A DNA stretch of 51,697 nucleotides, filler included, from Catajapyx aquilonaris (GCA_000934665.2; 2 parts of 2 records of this genome joined end to end with filler, not necessarily neighbours in it), one strand, 5' to 3'; numbered from the whole stretch's first letter, positions 23,081 through 33,956 are shown. The notes: a model not told the origin generated them from the letters alone. Made by a program: numbers and translations.

Positions 23081-23578
23081 TAACTCCGTCGTCAAAAGGT
23101 TAAAAAACTGAAATTATTTTGCTTTACAAACGTCCACGGAGTTGGCAGTTTGGCACCACTGCACTGATAAACAACATCCCGACCGTACATAGTCCAATGT
23201 TCGGCTTGTTTACGGCTTCCATTTCCCCTTCCCCTGTTGTGAGGTCACCGTGAAGACATGGGTGGAGGATGGTGGAAGGGTACGGGAGAGGAGAATGGTG
23301 TGTCCTCATTGACGTCCAGCAAGCGACTGTGGCGTTCTCCCACCCATTGCGCATGCTCGGAACGGGGGTCAATTGGAGGCGCCATGGTAACAATACGTCG
23401 TAGTAACGGGGGCCAATAGAAAGCGGTGGCGGCAACAATATGGGGGCGGACCAATCAGAGGGCTCGGCCAACGCCCGCAAGGATTTTAATATTATAGATC
23501 GTTGTTTTTCAGTTTTCGCAGTGTATTTCCAGGACTGCGTAAGGGTTTTCCCCGCAGCACAGCCCGAACCAATGATAT

Positions 23579-23678
23579 NNNNNNNNNNNNNNNNNNNNNN
23601 NNNNNNNNNNNNNNNNNNNNNNTTAATTAATTAANNNNNNNNNNNNNNNNNNNNNNNNNNNNNNNNNNNNNNNNNNNN
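23579..23678. other. Artificial scaffold gap/linker
   Basis: Exactly 100 bp: 44 N + TTAATTAATTAA (stop in all six frames) + 44 N. Confidence 0.95.
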
Positions 23679-24039
23679 ATCATCCGCGTGCTTGAGTAAC
23701 TCCCAAACACTAAATTCACGCTAATCCAAACATAAATTATTGTTGACCATGAATTTCGCGATTTTGCCCACTGTGCACTGGTTGGAATATTGAATTTTTT
23801 CAAACTTCACATGGCCATAGCATAGGACCATAGGTGGATGGAACGTCATCATTGTCACCCTTTCAAAAATATTTCATTCTAATTGTAGGCATAGGTATTA
23901 TACTCAAACCTGTACAAAACATCATCTATGATGACCACAAATGGCGAGTGGAGATGTCCAGAGCAGAAAATTTCACTGTTAGGATACCCTCAAATACAAC
24001 ACTGGTAACTCAATAGACACGTCACAGAGAAACTTCGTA

Positions 24040-24200
24040 CAGTGTTCGACATTAATCAAGGCATACTGCCAGCGACATTTTCCAAAGCGGCAGAAGAAGT
24101 AACCTTGCTCGCCTGGCTTGCAGTATCCTATCTTCGATTCCTTCTTCTGCCGCTTCGGAAAATGTCGCTAGCAATATGCCTCGATTAATGTCCAACACTG
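24040..24200. mobile_element. Tc1/mariner-type MITE, 161 bp
   Basis: TA|CAGTGTTCGACATTAATC ... GATTAATGTCCAACACTG|TA. The termini resemble those of the 11507 MITE. Confidence 0.85.
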
Positions 24201-24423
24201 TACATGACATTTTATGTGAAACACAAAGTGCAGATTCAGAAAATGGTGTTGCTTAAATAATTATTCCCCATTAGAAATGCTAATCCAACACATGAGCTTT
24301 TTGCATATTTCCATATTTGGAGTTTCTTGTTGGCTTAATATGATAGCTTGTTACCATAACCAAATAGCCATAATTTTATGATGAAATTATCTTGAGCAAC
24401 TTCTGGACACAAACACCAAGTTA

Positions 24424-25084
24424 CAAAGGACCTGTTCAAAGTTATCCTGGCAAAGAAAGGCCACCCACATGGCTCAATGATTCGTGTCATTAAGATTGGA
24501 GCAGATCACTGAAACTTGGCAACGCAGGGGAGTTGGATCAAAATGTTGCTGTCCAGCCACTCTAATATATGTCATTCAATGGAAGAATGCTTCTAAAGGG
24601 TGACCTTCATCAGTTTGGAGAAAGAGTTCGCCCGTGCTTTGCCAACGAACGCCATCATGAATTCCGCCAGCTCCGCCTCTCTCTTTCCTCTCTCTCTTTT
24701 AGGGGAGAGTGAGAGAGAGAGGAGAGGGAGTGAGGGAGAGATACGCGATAGGGCAAACGCGTGATATCTCGATGGGGCTTGCATTTCGCATATTGTTTCC
24801 CTGACTCGGCATTTGTCTCACACGAATATTCTTACAACATTTTTACAGGGTAAAAACAACACGAGTTTTCCTAGGTCTAAATCAACTAATAAAACAGTTC
24901 ACCACGTGACAACATGTTTTGAATCTTACCAAGGCCGCTAGGTAGCAACCCCTACCACATCAAAGATACAGTCAGTGGCGAACACAGCGGCCTTTAGCGT
25001 AAAACTAGGTGCATAGATTATACACTACAAGATGCGCAAGATGGTTGCCGTTTAGGTAGCGGGGCAACTTGAACAGGTCCTTTG
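24424..25084. mobile_element. Non-autonomous TIR element (16-bp TIR)
   Basis: CAAAGGACCTGTTCAA ... TTGAACAGGTCCTTTG. No clear TSD. Confidence 0.6.
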
Positions 25085-25311
25085 CAATTTGCAGCCTACA
25101 TTTTGCAGTTGGGAAGCTAATTACAAAGAAACTGAATTTTATTTTTTCATCTGATGATAGTGGGAACAGACTCACTAAATGCTAGTGCAATACCTTCTTA
25201 AACCAACCCTTGCATGCATTCTTTCTAACTGTTCCCAAATATAACAACAGAACTACTTGCAATTACATGTAGCTAAACCAAAAAGGAATCCTAGTAGGAA
25301 CATATCAATAC

Positions 25312-25377
25312 CTGCAAGTTCTTGTTGGCAGTGAAGTAGTGGACGCTGCATGTTGACATTGTTATCTGCTACACCTT
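25312..25377 (-). CDS. TNFR-like receptor, cytoplasmic exon 2
   Basis: ttcttattag|AAG...GCAG|gtattg, 66 nt, phase 1-1. Encodes EGVADNNVNMQRPLLHCQQELA. Confidence 0.6.
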
Positions 25378-25442
25378 CTAATAAGAATATGAAAAATGTT
25401 CTTGATTAAAATCCTGCAAACAAAATATTTCATTTCCTTTAC

Positions 25443-25520
25443 CTTCTGCATGAACCAGTAATGAACTTCTGCCATCTTCTTCATTATATGGTGGAGGTGC
25501 TCCTTCATATGATCTGGTAC
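25443..25520 (-). CDS. TNFR-like receptor, cytoplasmic exon with PPxY motif
   Basis: tcttttatag|GTA...GAAG|gtaaag, 78 nt, phase 1-1. Encodes GTRSYEGAPPPYNEEDGRSSLLVHAE. Confidence 0.72.
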
Positions 25521-26635
25521 CTATAAAAGAGGGGAATGTTTATTTGCCTCAAAAAAAATTGATCCACAGAATCTGTAGCTTTATCAGTTACGATATGAGC
25601 AAAAGGATAAATCATATAGGAAACTTCGAACACCCCTCAACTACTCCTTGACATTGGCTTATTTATGCAGGAGGCAAAATAGTAAGCTTTATAAGATAAT
25701 AAGTAGGTCCTATTTATCAACGGCTGTACCCAAAAGACGGTAACATAATTTGACAAGTGACACCTTCGGGCCAGTTCCATGATTGAGGGTGAATTCAGTA
25801 CAAATTGTTTTGTAAATTTTATTTATACAGTATAACATCAAGTGTACTGCATGGTGGATCCCTCAGTCCCATTCTACTTCTACAGAATTTGTACTGTATA
25901 TGGTGGATGTAAATGAAACATTTAACAATAAAGATCTTCATGGCATAAACTTATGGGACTCAACAACTACAATAAGCCAATGATAGAGTACTACTAGCAA
26001 ACAATATACCATATTCTCAGAACCTAATAAAATAATTGGTATTTAAAACAATATTGTTATTATTCTCTTCATTTCTACATCACTAATCTAATCTTCAAAT
26101 TATTCGTAAAATTTATTTGGGCATGTTTACATTAGGTCTGCTAGATGACCACTTATTCCACATATGGGATGGACTGAAACAGTGTGGAGTAGTTGAACTC
26201 TCATTTTATTAAGCAAGGTTAATTTATTACTGAATGAGGCAAGTTGTCTCATTTTGCAGGATAAGATAAAACATATAGGAGAGAAAATCCATTAATTGAA
26301 TGAAAAAACTCCTCTATTTGCACTTACAGGCCTAAAGAGAAGTTCACATACTACATCAGGATCACATATCATGTTTCTCATGGTCACACATGAATGGCTT
26401 GCTTTTAAAAATGATATTCTTGAGTAACAAAAAATTACTTCGGTGTCCAAAATACCAATCACTCCTCTATCTGGCACTGAGAATCACACTAGCATGGATC
26501 ATAGTGGTGGGAGGTAATGAGAGGGCCCATATGAGAGGAGTCACGAATCCTGATGCCAAGTACTTCTTTGGTTATTAGCTTTGTTTCAACCTGCCCCACT
26601 CTTGCCTACATAAACAGGAGTGAGAAGCACAATAC

Positions 26636-26779
26636 CTTGAGCTGGACGATTTCTTCTTTTCATAACGACAGCTGTAATAATAGCTGTGCCAATAGCCACT
26701 GCTATGAGTATAGGTGGATAGATGTAGTGAGAAACTACACCACTGCTTGCAGCCTTCTTCCTTCCAGTACCATTTTTTC
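26636..26779 (-). CDS. TNFR-like receptor, transmembrane exon
   Basis: atatgcag|GAA...CAAG|gtattg, 144 nt, phase 1-1. Encodes GKNGTGRKKAASSGVVSHYIYPPILIAVAIGTAIITAVVMKRRNRPAQ: a hydrophobic helix followed by a basic stop-transfer signal. Confidence 0.8.
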
Positions 26780-26837
26780 CTGCATATTTAACATAAAGTC
26801 AAACAATGCCTAAACAAACATAGGGCTTGTGACTTAC

Positions 26838-26914
26838 CGTCCATTGATCTTTGAGAAATGGCTACAGCTGGTGGTTCCACTTCACATGCTGGTGTGAGTT
26901 TTGCAGGAACATGA
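26838..26914 (-). CDS. TNFR-like receptor, stalk exon
   Basis: ctctctttccag|TCAT...GACG|gtaagt, 77 nt, phase 2-1, matching both neighbours. Encodes HVPAKLTPACEVEPPAVAISQRSMD. Confidence 0.8.
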
Positions 26915-26995
26915 CTGGAAAGAGAGTTTATTATGTATTGCAGACTCATCTTATCTTGTATATTCACATTCTATGAATGAAATTATAAACCTCAC

Positions 26996-27147
26996 CCTGG
27001 TAAACATTGTCCACATTCAAAGGGAGTTTTGGCACATTTCGTTTGACCTTCTTCTCTATTGTAATAGTAGCATGACTGACATGGTTGACACATGCCTGTT
27101 TTTAGGTTGCAGAAGTTCTTCCATGTACACTCATGGTCAGCTTTACA
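26996..27147 (-). CDS. TNFR-like receptor, Cys-rich ectodomain exon
   Basis: ctcttccag|TGT...CCAGG|gtgagg, 152 nt. Encodes CKADHECTWKNFCNLKTGMCQPCQSCYYYNREEGQTKCAKTPFECGQCLPG. The CxPCxxC...NR...C...CGxCLPG pattern resembles TNFRSF19/EDA2R Cys-rich domains as recalled. Confidence 0.8.
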
Positions 27148-27209
27148 CTGGAAGAGCAAATCATTAGAAAAGAGGCACCCCAATACAGTATACAATATAT
27201 ACTGATATA

Positions 27210-27432
27210 CAGGATCTGGATGTTTCAACTTTTTTGTCCGAACAGTTATTGGAAATATTGCACTAAGCTGCTACTTTGTAAGCCACTTGTAAGTGTATGC
27301 CACTTCAACCTAAGATTCGCAGGGAATATTCCCCATTCCTCCGACAAACCGGTTGCAAGTCGCTGCTTACAGAGTAGCAGCTTAGTGCAATATTTCTGAT
27401 AACTGTTCGAACAAAAAAGTTGAAACACCCTG
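27210..27432. mobile_element. Tc1/mariner-type MITE (intronic)
   Basis: tgtttcaactttttt.gt.cgaacagttat..gaaatattgcactaagctgctact is inverted at ~27373-27427, with right end AAACACCCTG|TA. Confidence 0.85.
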
Positions 27433-28130
27433 TATACTGATAAACATTATTGTACCAGTGCTCGCACACTAACTGTCATGTGACACATGCCCTTTATAGG
27501 TGACTAAACATCCTATCATTGACCCAAACATCAGTATATGATCCAGTTGATTTGTGTGACGTCAAAAGGTCATTTTCAGCGTGCAAAAATGTATTGTCAG
27601 ACAGGCATCACCGAATAACTGCAATTAACCAACAAAAATATGGAACAACTGCTAGTTTGTTACTGTGCCGCAAAATTTCATGGCCAAGTGATAGTGTAGA
27701 AATTAAAATAAATTAGGGCCTGCTTGATTTTTACAGCTTATTAAGACCCTATTTTGACTGTTTTCAGGGCCAAAATGCCTACCTATTTCAGGGTTTTTTA
27801 GAACCTAAAAATCTGTTCCTTACTTATATCTTTATGTGTTAGAAATCAATAGTCAAAAGTTAAATGTTATTTAGGGTATGCTCTCACACTTGGAGGTCAC
27901 AAAGTCTATCCCGATGCAACTTTTGAACAATTATGAGAGACAGTTGCAATGCAACTAATCAGGACCAAAAGGTGTCTGGTTAATTTAAAACAAGAAAGCT
28001 GGGAGTAGAGGGTGTAGGAGTGGAAAAAATTCTATGTTACAGGAAGTTGACAAAATGCCTGTAGCAGTTACTGGGAAAATACTGGGAAAAATGTCTGCAT
28101 ACACAACACAATTCCATAAGCAATGGTAAA

Positions 28131-28440
28131 TATAAGCAGGCCACACTAACTTGCCATTGACGTCATCGTTTTGTTTACCAATTCCTAGTCAATGGAAATC
28201 TGCCGAACACACCGCTGGAACCTCCCACTTTTCAAGTTTTCCATGGAGATGCCCTCACACAACAATATGAGTAAACAGTGTTAACAAAAAAGAACAGTTT
28301 ACTCCCATTGTTGCATGAGAGCATCTCTATGGTTCCAAACTTGAAAAGTGGGAGGTTCCAGCGGTGTGTTCGGCAGATTTCCATTGACTAGGAATTGGTA
28401 AACAAAATGATGGCGTCAATGGCAAGTCAGCCTGCCTATA
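28131..28440. mobile_element. MITE with ~90-bp near-perfect inverted arms
   Basis: acttgccattgacg.cat..ttttgtttaccaattcctagtcaatggaaatctgccgaacacaccgctggaacctcccacttttcaagttt (28149) is inverted ending at 28427. Confidence 0.85.
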
Positions 28441-28511
28441 ACACTGCATGGAAGTCCACCTAATAGGTACCATAATGAAAGTACAGATACCAATACTTAA
28501 ACAAAACTCGC

Positions 28512-28595
28512 CTGTTCCTTGGTGCACAATTTGTGGCGAGATGGATTGGGTGGGGAGCTGCACCTTGCAGATGATGACATAAAAGAAGTCCAGCT
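28512..28595 (-). CDS. Candidate N-terminal exon of the TNFR-like gene with a GC donor
   Basis: tttttag|AGC...CAG|gcgagt, 84 nt, open in phase 0-0 (SWTSFMSSSARCSSPPNPSRHKLCTKEQ). Speculative. Confidence 0.3.
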
Positions 28596-29012
28596 CTAAA
28601 AATCTTCAATGTAAAGGATATTTTAAAGGGGGAATATGCCACAGAGTCAAAACATTGCAGCTCTTTTTCAAGATGCTTTTGTGGCACATATCCCTTCAAA
28701 ATACCTCACCCAGTAGGTTTTCACAGGTTGTTAGATCTGGACTTCCTGTCATCACCCAAAAGATAATTATGTGAGGCAGATCATGGTATTGTATTTGTCA
28801 ACATGCCAACTGCGAAGTAGTTATATATGATCATATAAAAATGTACACAGTGACCATGCAATATGTACCATATTTCAAAACCCCATGATCATTACTCGTT
28901 TACATGTCCATTAGTTACATAAGGGAGGGCGCAGGTGGAGGGGGACTCTAGTTTTGGTTATAATGCTAGAAGGGCATGTATAGTCCCTACGATGGACCTG
29001 TGACCTACTACA

Positions 29013-29080
<68 letters not shown>

Positions 29081-29859
29081 TATTAATTAATTAATTTAAT
29101 ACCCCATTATCAGCCAACCGGCTTTTCTAGGGGGGGATTACTCCCAATTTTTTGTCTGGAACTCTTCCATTTTTTACTACCTTTTCATCGGAATTAACCC
29201 TTAACTACGTAGGTGGAGCCTGAGAGGCTCCAAGCACTATTTAAACGCATGTAACTTTTTCTTCGAATTTTATTTTCCCCTGTCCTTCCGTGACTTTGTC
29301 AGACAAACCTTCTTAAGCATGAAAAGGAAATTTTTTTTTTTTTTTGTCCCTATTGTTTGGTTTAAAAAAATTCGTAACGAGGAACAGGTCCCTCCTGGAC
29401 TCTATACTGGCTCTACCTGTGCAGGTGAAGCCTGAGCGGCTCAAGCATGACGTAACCTTTTAATTAAGAATTTTTCCCTGTCGGAATATGCTGACTCAGC
29501 GTGTGATTTTTACGTTATCGGAAGCCTAATGATCTGAACTGCACTTTCTGTATGTGAAAAGTCCAATATAACAATTTAGTTGATAAGCAGAAATTTAAAT
29601 ATACCGTTGGAGCCTGTCAGGCTCCACCTACGTAGTTAAAGGTGTTTCACCCACCTACGTAGTTAAGGGTTAAGCAGGGATAGGGAAGGAAGGAAGCGGC
29701 TGTGGCCTATAATTACGGTAACGACCCCGGAATTGTCCTGCGAGGACCATGGGAAACCACAGAAAACCATGGTCAGGGTCGCCGGCCTCCGGGATTCGAA
29801 CCCAGGACCTCCCGATTAGCAGTCAGACACCTTATCCACTCCACCACTACTGCTTCGGT

Positions 29860-29860
<1 letters not shown>
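29013..29860 (-). mobile_element. Second copy of the tRNA-derived SINE, split by a MITE and embedded in (AAT)n
   Basis: The head 29860-29674 aligns with 20891-21078 and has an intact B box gggttcgaatccc. The 3' part resumes at 29193 (gagttccag...cccctagaaaagccggttggctgataatggggtat plus (ATT)n). (AAT)n also lies upstream at 29861-29921. Confidence 0.88.
29198..29669. mobile_element. piggyBac-type MITE inserted in the SINE
   Basis: TTAA|CCCTTAACTACGTAGGTGG ... CCACCTACGTAGTTAAGGG|TTAA. The right terminus is locally duplicated. Confidence 0.88.
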
Positions 29861-29922
<62 letters not shown>

Positions 29923-31274
29923 TGGCTAATAATAATGGTTATAATATATCCACCATGAGTTTCTTTATTTAAATGACACAGCCCAGGAATATTATGTTTA
30001 TACAATGTACAATACAGGCCTACATTCTCTACAACTATATGGTACGGACAATGTAATTAAAAGGCTCCAGCTTGTGAACTGATGTGCATAAGGGTTTTAC
30101 TTCCGCACCTACGTTCGCAAGGGCACAATGGGCAAACTAAATACAAATATCAAATAAATAATATCAACATTCTGACAGTTTGAACGAGTACACGATCAAC
30201 TCAACATATGTGCACAGCAACCAAAATTTATATCCCAAATTAAAATGAAATAAAATAAAATGTCCTCACATTGTGACACACGCCAGTAGGCCTAGCTACC
30301 ACTGCTGTGCAAACCTTTTTCTCTCGAAGTTCCTTCCACGTGTGGTTTATGCACATTTTCACAATTTTTAGTAAACTACAGCTCCGATACTATCGTTGAC
30401 AGGTCATGAGCACGGCCTTGGCCGTGAGAAAAGGCCATGCAATTCCCGTAATTCCAACTTAATTTTATTAATATTAATTAACCTAATCCAATCGAGCTCA
30501 TATCCCCATTAGACCTAAATTAATCACTATTTTGCATTTCATCTGGAACTTATGTTGACATCACGTTGACAGCACTTAATCACCATGTAGCCTGATGTGC
30601 GCCTCTTTTCAGCGCCAATAGTACCCTAGTTCAGGATCACCCCACGGAATCACCCGACTTTTCCGGATGGCGGGAATGGGTGAAACCGCGCCACACAAAA
30701 TGATTCATTCAGCCTTGCCCTAGATGCCCCTAGATGTTTACAACTGCAACACTTGACTGCAAACTTACAACACAGCATCACTTCCGATCCGATTCATTTT
30801 ACACCGCGTTTTGCTCGGGTTTTGCTGGAACCAATTAACGGCATAAAACTGGTACTTTCTGTAATAATACGGTACTAACAGGAAGAGCACTGGATATACG
30901 TACGAACTTGCACTTTGAAGTGCTTGAGAGATAAGGAGTCACGGGGCTTCACCTGACCACACCAATGCCGCAATTTTTTCTAAACCCCCCGATGTCACAT
31001 GAGGCACATGCGGCACATGACAAATTGATAGGAGCCGAATTATGTGCAATCATCTTACCTGACCCTGAGGATAGGCTTCTGAGTAGCGTATTATCACGCC
31101 CAAAATCTGTAAGGGAAAAGGAACCGTCAACAACTAGTATGCGGTACAGTGAGGCGCCTTGTCTGCCTGCAAACATGTATACTTCATATTGTACACACCA
31201 TTAGTTAGGTGTAGGCTCAAGTTATATTGCACACTGCCAAACAGTCACGAGACTTCCGTTATGTAGGCATTTAA

Positions 31275-31363
31275 AAGAAGAAGAAGAAGAAGAAGAAGAA
31301 GAAGAAGAAGAAGAAGAAGAAGAAGAAGAAGAAGAAGAAGAAGAAGAAGAAGAAGAAGAAGAG
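31275..31363. repeat. (GAA)n microsatellite
   Basis: Pure run. It is the source of a spurious poly-Ser ORF. Confidence 0.97.
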
Positions 31364-31624
31364 GTCCATGAGGGTACAATCTCTAAAAACGGAAGTCGTG
31401 ACATTTCGTCAGTTCGCTCATTTCTCGTTACAAGTGAACCATGCAGTTATTATCACTTTCTGAGGCAATTTCCAGCTAAATGGTACGTTACAATAAACAG
31501 GAAGTGGATATCGCTCTGTACTCTCGTAACTTGTTCGTTCCTTTTGTTATTACCATCCTAATGATAGCCCACTACTCTATCGAGGCTACTGAAAATTTAT
31601 GCGATATATGGATATATAACTTAC

Positions 31625-31648
31625 CAGGGCGATTGTTGCTAGTCGCAT
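31625..31648 (-). CDS. Candidate start exon (exon 31667-31625, coding MRLATIAL) of the TNFR-like gene
   Basis: Strong acceptor ctctttttcag and donor CTG|gtaagt. An in-frame ATG gives a signal-peptide-like start in phase 0, compatible with the Cys-rich exon. Another gtaagt donor at 32636 may close a non-coding first exon. Confidence 0.4.
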
Positions 31649-31735
31649 AATGATGCGAGGGTTCCCTCTGAAAAAGAGTGCGAAATTTAGTGATTGCACC
31701 ACAGGCTTAGATTAGACGTCAGACAACACCGCATA

Positions 31736-32002
31736 CAGTGGCGGATCTATGGGGGGGGGGGGGGGGGTTNNNNNNNNNNNNNNNNNNNNNNNNNNNNNNN
31801 NNNNNNNNNNNNNNNNNNNNNNNNNNNNNNNNNNNNNNNNNNNNNNNNNNNNNNNNNNNNNNNNNNNNNNNNNNNNNNNNNNNNNNNNNNNNNNNNNNNN
31901 NNNNNNNNNNNNNNNNNNNNNNNNNNNNNNNNNNNNNNNNNNNNNNNNNNGGGGGGGGGGGGGGATCACCACCCCCAACAACGAGGTCTAGATCCGCCCC
32001 TG
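31736..32002. mobile_element. hAT-type MITE spanning a poly-G-flanked assembly gap (N 31770-31950)
   Basis: CAGTGGCGGATCTA ... TAGATCCGCCCCTG, with imperfect 8-bp flanks accgcata/actacata. Confidence 0.75.
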
Positions 32003-33685
32003 ACTACATAGAACCGGATCTAAACAAGACGTCCCTAAAATCATATCACGTCATAAAAATAATCACGCGCATATTTCTGGATACCCCAACCCCCCTTCTC
32101 AACCTCATCCCCTGTAGACTACTATTCACAAGCGGAAATGACGGAAGTTGAATGAAACCACATCATACTAAATCAATCCATCCTGTAATAAATCCGGTGC
32201 ATATAGCCTATATCAAACTGGAAAGCAGCGTATATTTTTGCATACAAAACTCGCTTTAAAACGGTTGCACCTAAAATCGCGCCAATTCGGTTGCGCAAAT
32301 GTGCAAAATTCATAGACTCTATATGTGCATTACTTTTTTTTCACAAAAATATAACCGGATGTTTCGCGCTCATAAGAAATTTGCATATGTTCACAAAGTC
32401 CTGGTCGTTAGGTCGTATGAATACAAACGGCAACAATGGTGTCAACTTCCAAACACAGATCGACAGGAAATTCCTCCCGATCGCCATACTAGAATGGACA
32501 ATGCTGACGCAATCGCCTCCCACTTTTTAGTAACCGGTCAGCGCCATTAAATTCTCGTAAGAAGACACTCCATACACCTGTGTCGGTCACTGCACTCACG
32601 TACGTAATATCACACGTCCCACACATCACAACTTACTTGAAGTGGACACTACGATGGTTATGGCGGCGGATTGTGGTTAGCTCCTTGACACCCATATCTC
32701 CGCCGGTACTTGGGCATATGCACTGGCGTTGACAGTACGGAGAACGTACACTATACGTCCTGCCTGGTGGAAGCCCAAAGGGGGAATGAACCGGGGTAAG
32801 GAAAGGGAAGGGAAACTGGGAAGCGAGAGGAATGGGCAGGGGTGGGGGTGGGGGGGCGGTCGGGTGATAATCGCCCTAGGGATGACTTATTTTCTAAGTA
32901 TTCCGCAGGGTGTATGCCCCGACATTGTTATCCAAATTATTCCAAATATTTTGTAATCAACCAAATTTGCGCTGATCGTGGAAAAACTATTCTAATAAGG
33001 TGTGACACTATTATCTATTTCCCACAGGTGAATAACATGTCTAGCGGTACCGGCATGGAATGAGTCATCCTGGCTCTCCCCCTGACCTTCCTATCCCCCC
33101 ATCCCCGCCTTTCTTTCATGAGGCCGATGGGCATCGGCAACAAGCAAGGTGAAGCCCCACCCCTTCCAGACAAGTTTGAACTTGTTGAACGGTGGCAGCC
33201 TTGGGGAGCCTGCCTGCTCAAGACGTATACAGAACGTCTGTTTCCTTCCAGAAGTTTCCAGCCAGATGGCCAATCAGGTGTAGGGAAAGAGTAGGTCAGG
33301 GGATCAGCTGATAGAACTGCTGATTTTGTCACTACGCCATTGAATACCGCCTAGCCAGACGCGCGCCAAAACTGTCACTGATTTATGATAAGTGATAAGT
33401 GCTTGTGTACATAAATAGATACAAGCTGGTACTAATTAACAGCAGTGGCGGCTTTTGACAATGCTACGCGACAACAGCGGCGATTTTCATTTTTCAGCCG
33501 GATAACTGATACATCGTTATTGGGTAATTTATGGCACGGAATTAGTGATACGGAGTTTTGGCCGAACTTTACAGCTGTCATAATATTATACTGTCAATGA
33601 GCGATACTTTTTAATTCGTTACGGTACGGGGGGGGGGGGGGNGGGAGAGGGGGGGGATGCACATAACAACAATGAAGAACCGAAA

Positions 33686-33956
33686 AAATTATCTGCGGTA
33701 AATCCCTGAGTCCTAGGGGAATTACTCTGGGCAGTGGGCACAGATCTAACCTTCGGGGTCAGCTATCTCAATGATTGTTGACATAAAAATTAGAATGGGG
33801 CCAGGTACTTATAACAAGGTGTATCTTAATAGCCATATCTTCAGGCCGTTTGACAAATTATCTGCGGTGAATCCCTGAGACCTAGGGGAATTACTCTGGG
33901 CAGTAGGCACAGATCTAACCTTCGGGCTCAGCTATCTCTATGATAGTTGACATAAG
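33686..33956 (+). repeat. ~100-bp direct repeat pair, 169-bp spacing
   Basis: aaattatctgcggt.aatccctgag.cctaggggaattactctgggcagt.ggcacagatctaaccttcggg.tcagctatctc.atgat.gttgacataa at 33686 and 33855. Confidence 0.9.

Larger units (their letters stand above)
21645..23498 (-). mobile_element. Non-autonomous Helitron carrying nested insertions
   Basis: Minus-strand 5' end A|TCtataatattaaaa at 23498 and 3' end CTAG|T at 21645. A subterminal hairpin caggcgtagaaaac...gtttttctacgcctg lies at ~21684-21728. No TSD. Confidence 0.78.

Noticed and set aside
26439..26476. Extra receptor exon (VPDRGVIGILDTE)
   Set aside because: It would end in phase 0, which is incompatible with the phase-1 PPPY exon.
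29780..29858. Functional tRNA-Ser(GCT) gene (also 20893-20965)
   Set aside because: It lacks a proper acceptor stem and the long Ser variable arm, and it continues into a SINE body and tail.
31694..32151. Gly/Pro-rich ORFs
   Set aside because: They run through poly-G and an N gap inside a MITE.
33030..33300. Pro-rich mini-ORF after a cccacag acceptor
   Set aside because: It stops after ~30 codons and has no supporting exons or homology.
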